64,000 bases of DNA from an uncultured Acidimicrobiia bacterium. Lineage in GTDB: Bacteria; Actinomycetota; Acidimicrobiia; Acidimicrobiales; JACDCH01. The translations under genes were made by a program, and so were the position numbers. Within the stretch, counting starts at the first letter, position 1; every line of letters starts with the position of its first letter. This document shows, piece by piece, positions 58,800 to 64,000 of the stretch. The notes beneath the pieces are model-generated. The model made no database searches. It was not told where the DNA came from and worked only from the letters and a program-made list of their open reading frames with translations. Location of the stretch: NCBI GenBank assembly GCA_963721305.1, contig CAVRIR010000005.1, positions 25,460-89,459 on the forward strand, given 5' to 3'.

Positions 58800-59686
58800 C
58801 AGCGGGCGGCGTGGAGGTGGGCGTAGACCTCTCGGGCGCGGTCCTCGGTCCCGGCGGGTGCGGGGCCCAAGGGCAGGCGACACTCGCCCACGGGCAGACC
58901 GAGGGTGCGCATCATCGCCTTCGCGGCGTTCGAGAACACGCACGTGTCACTGTTCTCGAACGCGTACGACTCGAGCAGCCGAGCGTTGATCTCACGAGCG
59001 CGCACCACATCGCCTTTCTCGAACGCGGCGATCAGCTCGCCGAACTCGGGAGCCGCCCAGTGCGTCGCCACGCCGACGACACCGATTGCGCCAACCGCGA
59101 GCAACGGCAAGGTCAACGAGTCGTCGCCGCTGTAGATCGCGAGGTGCGAAACATCGGCCATCAACCGCGCCGCGGCCGGCGGATCACCGGTGGCGTCCTT
59201 CAACGCCACGATGTTGTCGACGTCGTGGAACAGACGCACGAGCACGTCATGCGCGATGCGACGACCGGTGCGCCCCGGGACGTCGTAGATCATCAACGGA
59301 AGCCGCGTCGCATCGGCCACGGCCCGGAAGTGCGCCTCGATGCCCGACTGCGACGGCCGGTTGTAGTACGGGCTCACCACGAGGACGCCCGCCGCGCCGG
59401 TCTCGCCCGCAGCGCGCGTCAACTCGATCGTCTCGGCCGTGTTGTTCGTGCCGGTGCCTGCGACCACGGGGATCGTCACGGCCTCGCTGACCGCTCGCCA
59501 CAGGTCGAGCTTCTCGCCCTCGCTGAGCACCGGCGCCTCACCCGTCGTACCGGCGACGACGAGTCCGTCGTTGCCGTTGTCCGCGAGCCAGCGCGCCAGC
59601 TTGGCAGCGCCGTCGAGATCGAGCGCGCCGTCGCCGTCGAACGGCGTGACCATTGCTGTCAACACAGATCCCCAAGGACCGTTCAT
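58799..59686 (-). CDS. dapA: 4-hydroxy-tetrahydrodipicolinate synthase
   Basis: ORF 58799..59755 from ATG 59686: SVLTAMVTPFDGDGALD...VVAGTTGEAPVLS...PYYNRPSQ...YDVPGRTG...ALKDATGD (Schiff-base Lys). Confidence 0.95.
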   Translation of the reverse strand: MNGPWGSVLTAMVTPFDGDGALDLDGAAKLARWLADNGNDGLVVAGTTGEAPVLSEGEKLDLWRAVSEAVTIPVVAGTGTNNTAETIELTRAAGETGAAGVLVVSPYYNRPSQSGIEAHFRAVADATRLPLMIYDVPGRTGRRIAHDVLVRLFHDVDNIVALKDATGDPPAAARLMADVSHLAIYSGDDSLTLPLLAVGAIGVVGVATHWAAPEFGELIAAFEKGDVVRAREINARLLESYAFENSDTCVFSNAAKAMMRTLGLPVGECRLPLGPAPAGTEDRAREVYAHLHAAR

Positions 59687-60312
59687 GAATGCGCTGCTTC
59701 CTTGCTGCGCTCGATGCCGAGCGTGTTGAGCAGGTCTTCGTGCAATTGGAACCACACGGTGTGATACGAGTCGATCATCGGTTTGGCGAACCAGTCGTGC
59801 TCGCCGGCACGTACCCGGTCGACCGCGTGGTCGAATCTCGGTCGGTAACCGCCGTAGCGCGCGAACTGGTTCTCGAGCGCCTCGAGCACCGGAAGCAGCT
59901 CGGCGTGCACATCACCGAGCTGCCCGACGACACCCTCGTCGTAGTCCGGGTCGTCGTGCTGGTTGAGCGTCGCCTCGTCCTTCATCTGCCACGCGGTGCA
60001 CACCCGCAGCAGCTCGGGGTTGAGTGCGAGGAACCCCCGGTACGCGGCCAGCACCGCGTCTCGCCCGCCCGCCGCCTCCAGCTCCTCGGCGAGCAGCCGC
60101 CCGTGCTCAGCGCGCCCCGATGCCGTCAGTGCCCATCCGGTGACGCGTCCGTCGCGATAGGTGACGAGCCCGTCGTCGCTCAGCTCGTCGAGATGCCGGT
60201 CGACCTCCTCGAACGAGACCAGCACCACCGCGGCCACATCACCCGACCGAGCGAAACCCGTCAACCGCAGGCCGTGCAGCACCAGCAGGCGGGTCTCGGA
60301 CGGGACGGTCAT
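59683..60312 (-). CDS. hypothetical protein with N-terminal winged-helix-like region
   Basis: ORF 59683..60438 from ATG 60312 (or 60348): MTVPSETRLLVLHGLRLTGFARSGDVAAVV...LDELSDDGLVTYRDGRVTGWALTASGRAEH. ATGA overlap with the dapA start. Confidence 0.55.
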   Translation of the reverse strand: MTVPSETRLLVLHGLRLTGFARSGDVAAVVLVSFEEVDRHLDELSDDGLVTYRDGRVTGWALTASGRAEHGRLLAEELEAAGGRDAVLAAYRGFLALNPELLRVCTAWQMKDEATLNQHDDPDYDEGVVGQLGDVHAELLPVLEALENQFARYGGYRPRFDHAVDRVRAGEHDWFAKPMIDSYHTVWFQLHEDLLNTLGIERSKEAAHS

Positions 60313-60365
60313 CGTTCCAAACGCTAACCGAGCGGCTCCGTCGAGCATCCCATCGTTCCGCGCGA

Positions 60366-61217
60366 TCAGCGCTCGTCGAGGACACGAGCGACCGCGCGGG
60401 CCAAAGCCGCAGCCGCCGGCGGATGGGACCTCAGCCACAGCGTCGGCTCGATCAGCTCGAGCTCCATGAGCAGGAGATTGCCGCCGACCGGCACCGCGTC
60501 GACGCGGGCGTACAGCGGGGGCTCCACCGACGCACTCGCGTCGCGGGCAACGTCGAGCGCGGCTCGCGCGAGCGCTTCGTGCTCGGGTCGGAGCGGGATC
60601 GTGGCGAGCGATGCGCCGTGATGCTCCTGCGCACGGAAGTCGCCTGCCGCCGGAATCTTTCGCACCACATGGGTCGGCTCACCTGCGACGCACACGATCG
60701 ACAACTCGCCTTCGGTCTCGACCTCGGGCACGTACGGCTGGACGAGCACGTCGTCGGTGGCGACGAGCGCGTCGAGATCGGCTTGCGTCGCGCCCCGGAT
60801 CGTGCGATCGCCCCCGATCGAGACGGCCGGCTTGATGATCTGCTGTCCCTCGCCGAGCACCGCGTGCTGTCCGGCCGCCACCAGCCGTGTCGGTACGGTC
60901 GTGATCCCCTGTTCGGCCAGTTCGATCAGGTAGCGCTTGTGACAGTTCCAGCGGACGACCTCGGGTCGGTTGTACAGACGAGTCGCCGTACCGACGTAGT
61001 CCACCCAGCCGAGGAAGGCGTTGAGCCGCTGGTGGTAGTCCCACGTGGATCGGATCAGCACCATCCCGGTCGACGTCCAGCGCGCGTCGGGATCGTCCCA
61101 GCACACGAAGCCCGACGAGATGCCGAGGTCGCGTAACGCCTCGACCAGGACGTGGTCATCGACCCAACCCTCGGGGAAGTCCACGAACGTTGCCAGTGCG
61201 ACGTCGAGCACGGTCAT
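60366..61217 (-). CDS. ATP-grasp domain protein (RimK/glutathione-synthetase-like)
   Basis: ORF 60366..61358 from ATG 61217: VLIRSTWDYHQRLNAFLGW...NCHKRYLIELAEQGITTVPT...IIKPAVSIGG...LVQPYVPEV...GELSIVCV...LLMELELIEP. Confidence 0.75.
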   Translation of the reverse strand: MTVLDVALATFVDFPEGWVDDHVLVEALRDLGISSGFVCWDDPDARWTSTGMVLIRSTWDYHQRLNAFLGWVDYVGTATRLYNRPEVVRWNCHKRYLIELAEQGITTVPTRLVAAGQHAVLGEGQQIIKPAVSIGGDRTIRGATQADLDALVATDDVLVQPYVPEVETEGELSIVCVAGEPTHVVRKIPAAGDFRAQEHHGASLATIPLRPEHEALARAALDVARDASASVEPPLYARVDAVPVGGNLLLMELELIEPTLWLRSHPPAAAALARAVARVLDER

Positions 61218-61858
61218 GCCCCTTCGACACCGGCGAGCACCGAAGGCACGTCGGCGAGCGAGCCCGCGGCGCGGAATCGCTCGTGCGTGGTCATCGCCGA
61301 TTCGTCGTCGATCTGCTCGTGTCGCCAGGTGAGCGGATGGGGCACGTGGATCGCCCACCCGCCGAGGCCGAGGACAGGAACGATGTCCGAGCGCGGCGAG
61401 TTGCCGATCATGACGAACCGCGATGCGTCCGTGCCATGGCGATCGAGTATCCGCTCATAGGACCGCTCATCCTTGGTCGCGACGATCTCGATCGCGTCGA
61501 ACTGATCGCCGAGCCCGGACCGTGCCAGCTTGGACTCCTGGTCGAAGAGATCGCCCTTCGTGATCAGCATGACCGTGTAGGTGTCGGACACCGCTTTCAC
61601 GACGTCGGCCGCGCCGTCGATCAGCTCGACGGGATGCTCGAGCATCGAGCGCCCTGCGTCGATGATCGACTGGATCTCCGACGCACTGACGCGCCCATCC
61701 GACAGCTCGATGGCCGTCTCGATCATCGACAACGCGAAGGACTTCACCCCGTAGCCGAACAGCGCGAGGTTACGGGTCTGCGTGGTGAAGAGCCGATCGG
61801 CGATGTCGCGCTGATCGACGTACGGAGCCATGAGCGCGACGAAGTGCTCGTGTGTCAT
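61214..61858 (-). CDS. HAD-superfamily hydrolase (true start probably upstream, at or before 61912)
   Basis: 214-aa ORF with LITKGD...MIGNSPRSD (HAD motifs III/IV). The in-frame upstream sequence reads IASISVVAFDGDDTLWQNESVFS (motif I), with no canonical start between it and the upstream TAG at 61938. ATGA overlap with the ATP-grasp start. Confidence 0.7.
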   Translation of the reverse strand: MTHEHFVALMAPYVDQRDIADRLFTTQTRNLALFGYGVKSFALSMIETAIELSDGRVSASEIQSIIDAGRSMLEHPVELIDGAADVVKAVSDTYTVMLITKGDLFDQESKLARSGLGDQFDAIEIVATKDERSYERILDRHGTDASRFVMIGNSPRSDIVPVLGLGGWAIHVPHPLTWRHEQIDDESAMTTHERFRAAGSLADVPSVLAGVEGA

Positions 61859-61937
61859 CGAGAAGACGGACTCGTTCTGCCACAGCGTGTCGTCGCCATC
61901 GAACGCGACGACGGAGATCGAGGCGATGGTTCGACTC

Positions 61938-63488
61938 CTACAGGATGCGCGTCTCGCGACCCTGCCAGTAGCGATCGCGCAACAGACGCTTGTAGAGCTT
62001 GCCGGTCGGCAGTCGCGGGAGCTCGGGCTCGAAGTCGACGGTGCGCGGGCACTTGTAATGCGCGAGGTGCTGGCGGCAGTACTCGATCAGTTCTCGTTCC
62101 GTTGCCGGCCCTTCCTCGACGCCCTCGACGAGTTGCACGACTGCTTTGACCTCCTCGCCCAGATCATCGTTCGGCACACCGAACACCGCAGCATCCATCA
62201 CCTTCGGATGACTTATCAGCAGGTTCTCCGCTTCTTGCGGATAGACATTCACGCCACCACTGATGATCATGTAGGTCTTGCGATCGGTGAGATACAGGTA
62301 ACCCTCGTCGTCGACGTAACCGACGTCGCCCACCGAGCTCATGACGCCCTGCTCGTCCTGGCGCCGCGACTCGGCGGTCTTGTCCGGATCGTTGTAGTAC
62401 TCGAACGCCGTCGCGCCCCGGAACCACACTGTCCCCGGCGTGCCGGTCGGGCACTCATTGCCTTCCTCGTCGAGGATCAACAGCGTGCCGAGGATGCACT
62501 TGCCGACGGTCCCCTTGTGCGCAAGCCACTGCTCGGAATCGCAGAACGTGAAGCCATGCGCCTCTGTCGCGCCGTAGTACTCGACGATGAGCGGTCCGAG
62601 CCATTCGATCATCGCCTGCTTCACCGGAACCGGACAGGGCGCAGCCGCGTGCACGATCTTCTCGAGCGACGAGAGGTCGTACTTGTGCCGCACGTCGTCC
62701 GGGAGCTTGAGCATCCTCGAGAACATCGTCGGCACCATCTGCGAGTTGGTGACGCGGTACCGCTCGACGAGTTGCAGGAATTGCTCGGGATCGAACCGCT
62801 CCATGATCACCGCAGTGGACCCGAGCCGGAGCGTCGCGGCGACGCTCGCCTGCGGAGCGGAGTGATACAGCGGCGCGGGTGAGATGTACGTCATGCCTTC
62901 CCGGAAACCGAACATGCCCTTGATGAACTGCATGACCGCGAGAGCCTGCTCGGGAGGCTGGTCGGGCATCGGTCGAAAGATGCCCTTCGGGTTCCCGGTG
63001 GTCCCGGACGAGTAGAGCATCGCCGCGCCGAGTTGCTCGTTCTCGACCGGCGTCGACGGGTACGGCGCGAGCGCGTCCTCGAAGCTCTCCCATCCCTCGA
63101 CCGTGCCGTCGACCATGAGGAAACGCCGCACCTTCGGGCACAGCGGTGGAAGGGCGGCGGCGACCTCACGCTTCGCCGCCGACGAGATCAGGATCTGCGC
63201 GTCGCAGTCGTTGACGATGTAGGCCGCCTCTTCGGGTGACAGGTACGAGTTGATGCAGGTGAAGTAGAGACCGGTGCGCTCCGCGGCGCCGCCGGCCTCG
63301 AGCATGCGCGGGTTGTTCTCCATGAAGAACGCCACGTGGTCGGTGCGCTCGAGGCCGAGGTCGCGGAAGAGATGGGCGATCCGGTTGCAATCGGCTTCGT
63401 ACTCGGCGAACGAGATCGTTTCGCCGGTCGTCCCCATGATGATCGCCGGCTTGTCCGGATGCTCAGCTGCGTGTTGCGCGGCGTACAC
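61938..63488 (-). CDS. acyl-CoA synthetase (AMP-forming, ANL superfamily)
   Basis: 516-aa ORF: AMLYSSGTTGNPKG (A3 core motif), YYGATE, GDVGYVDDEGYLYLTDRKTYMIISGGVNVYPQE, PTGKLYKRLLR. Confidence 0.9.
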   Translation of the reverse strand: MYAAQHAAEHPDKPAIIMGTTGETISFAEYEADCNRIAHLFRDLGLERTDHVAFFMENNPRMLEAGGAAERTGLYFTCINSYLSPEEAAYIVNDCDAQILISSAAKREVAAALPPLCPKVRRFLMVDGTVEGWESFEDALAPYPSTPVENEQLGAAMLYSSGTTGNPKGIFRPMPDQPPEQALAVMQFIKGMFGFREGMTYISPAPLYHSAPQASVAATLRLGSTAVIMERFDPEQFLQLVERYRVTNSQMVPTMFSRMLKLPDDVRHKYDLSSLEKIVHAAAPCPVPVKQAMIEWLGPLIVEYYGATEAHGFTFCDSEQWLAHKGTVGKCILGTLLILDEEGNECPTGTPGTVWFRGATAFEYYNDPDKTAESRRQDEQGVMSSVGDVGYVDDEGYLYLTDRKTYMIISGGVNVYPQEAENLLISHPKVMDAAVFGVPNDDLGEEVKAVVQLVEGVEEGPATERELIEYCRQHLAHYKCPRTVDFEPELPRLPTGKLYKRLLRDRYWQGRETRIL

Positions 63489-63558
63489 GCCGTGAACTTA
63501 TTCCTGTCGGGCGCCCCGGACCCGGGCAACACGCCGGGGAGGTCCTACGATCCTCGGC

Positions 63559-64000
63559 GTGCTGCGAGACGAGCTCGTGCTCGCGATCGACGGTGGGGCA
63601 CCCGTGCGCACCGAGCCGCTCGATTTCGCGAAGGGCGCCGCGCTGCTCGGCGACGAGGAGGCTGCTGCGGTTGCACAGGTCGTGCGCAGTCGTTCCTTGT
63701 TCCGTTACAAGGGTGAGCACGCAGCCGGCGCCGTCGCCGACTTCGAGCAGGCGGCGCAGGAGGTTCTCCGCTGCCGGTTCGCCACCGCGGTGTCCAACGG
63801 CACGGCCGCGCTGCGCTGTGCACTCGCGGCGCTCGGCGTCGGATGTGGAGACGAAGTGGTGGTTCCGGCGTTCACGTTCATCGCGACCGCGAACGCGGTC
63901 ATCGCCGCGGGAGCAGTCCCCGTGTTCGCCGAGATCGACGAATCCCTCGGTCTCGATCCGACTCAGCTCGCAGCCAGCATCACGGATCGCACCGCCGCGA
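63559..64000 (+). CDS. DegT/DnrJ/EryC1/StrS-family PLP aminotransferase, N-terminal part (runs off the right edge)
   Basis: Absent from the ORF track because no stop lies in the window. My translation from GTG 63559 reads [133 protein letters not shown]. Confidence 0.75.
   Translation, partial: MLRDELVLAIDGGAPVRTEPLDFAKGAALLGDEEAAAVAQVVRSRSLFRYKGEHAAGAVADFEQAAQEVLRCRFATAVSNGTAALRCALAALGVGCGDEVVVPAFTFIATANAVIAAGAVPVFAEIDESLGLDPTQLAASITDRTAA

Overview
High-GC (by eye about two-thirds G+C or more; not computed) actinobacterium-like chromosomal segment. It holds about 58 tightly packed protein-coding genes with many 1-4 nt start/stop overlaps (ATGA, GTGA, TGATG). I recognised no rRNA, tRNA, CRISPR array, transposase, integrase or phage genes. 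Layout: (a) 1-18.8 kb is a cell-envelope glycan cluster: two tandem paralogous polytopic membrane proteins, two NAD-dependent epimerases, a GMC oxidoreductase, another large membrane protein, a Ppm1-type polyprenol-phosphate mannose synthase, a SAM methyltransferase, a GT4 glycosyltransferase, a roughly 1465-aa AftD/DUF3367-like arabinofuranosyltransferase and a DUF2142 membrane protein. arfB, a hydrolase and a nucleotidase interrupt it. (b) 19-30.4 kb holds mixed genes: His-rich membrane protein, nitroreductase, DUF2510/DUF4328 protein, Gfo/Idh/MocA oxidoreductase, lon, nitronate monooxygenase, hotdog, cupin, ureidoglycolate-lyase-like, SDR. (c) 30.6-38.7 kb holds nrdJ, a molybdopterin oxidoreductase, nrdR, a LysM (ChiZ-like) gene and lexA. 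(d) 38.7-48.1 kb holds recA followed by one minus-strand string miaB, LLM oxidoreductase, miaA, dapF, hflX, dapC, dapD, dapE. (e) 48.7-59.7 kb holds thpR, cinA, pgsA, rimO, GH172/DUF2961, an SMP-30 lactonase, ftsK, rnj and dapA. (f) 59.7-64 kb holds a wHTH-like protein, an ATP-grasp enzyme, a HAD hydrolase, an acyl-CoA synthetase and a DegT-type aminotransferase that runs off the right edge. Main second-look items: (1) a dispersed 51-nt palindromic repeat family with 4 copies; (2) a second hairpin-repeat family with 3 copies; (3) an identical 20-mer upstream of recA and the LysM gene that fits a LexA-independent damage promoter, alongside classical GAAC-N4-GTTC SOS boxes; (4) about 22 frame disruptions in 11 genes, 19 of them +1 and regionally clustered, which looks more like homopolymer miscalls than natural decay, although two genes also carry real internal deletions; (5) an AftD-like arabinan-type cluster with a tightly coupled oxidoreductase/epimerase module. 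I found no obvious defence or mobile system. All functional calls come from reading the translated ORFs and motifs from memory; no database search was run.
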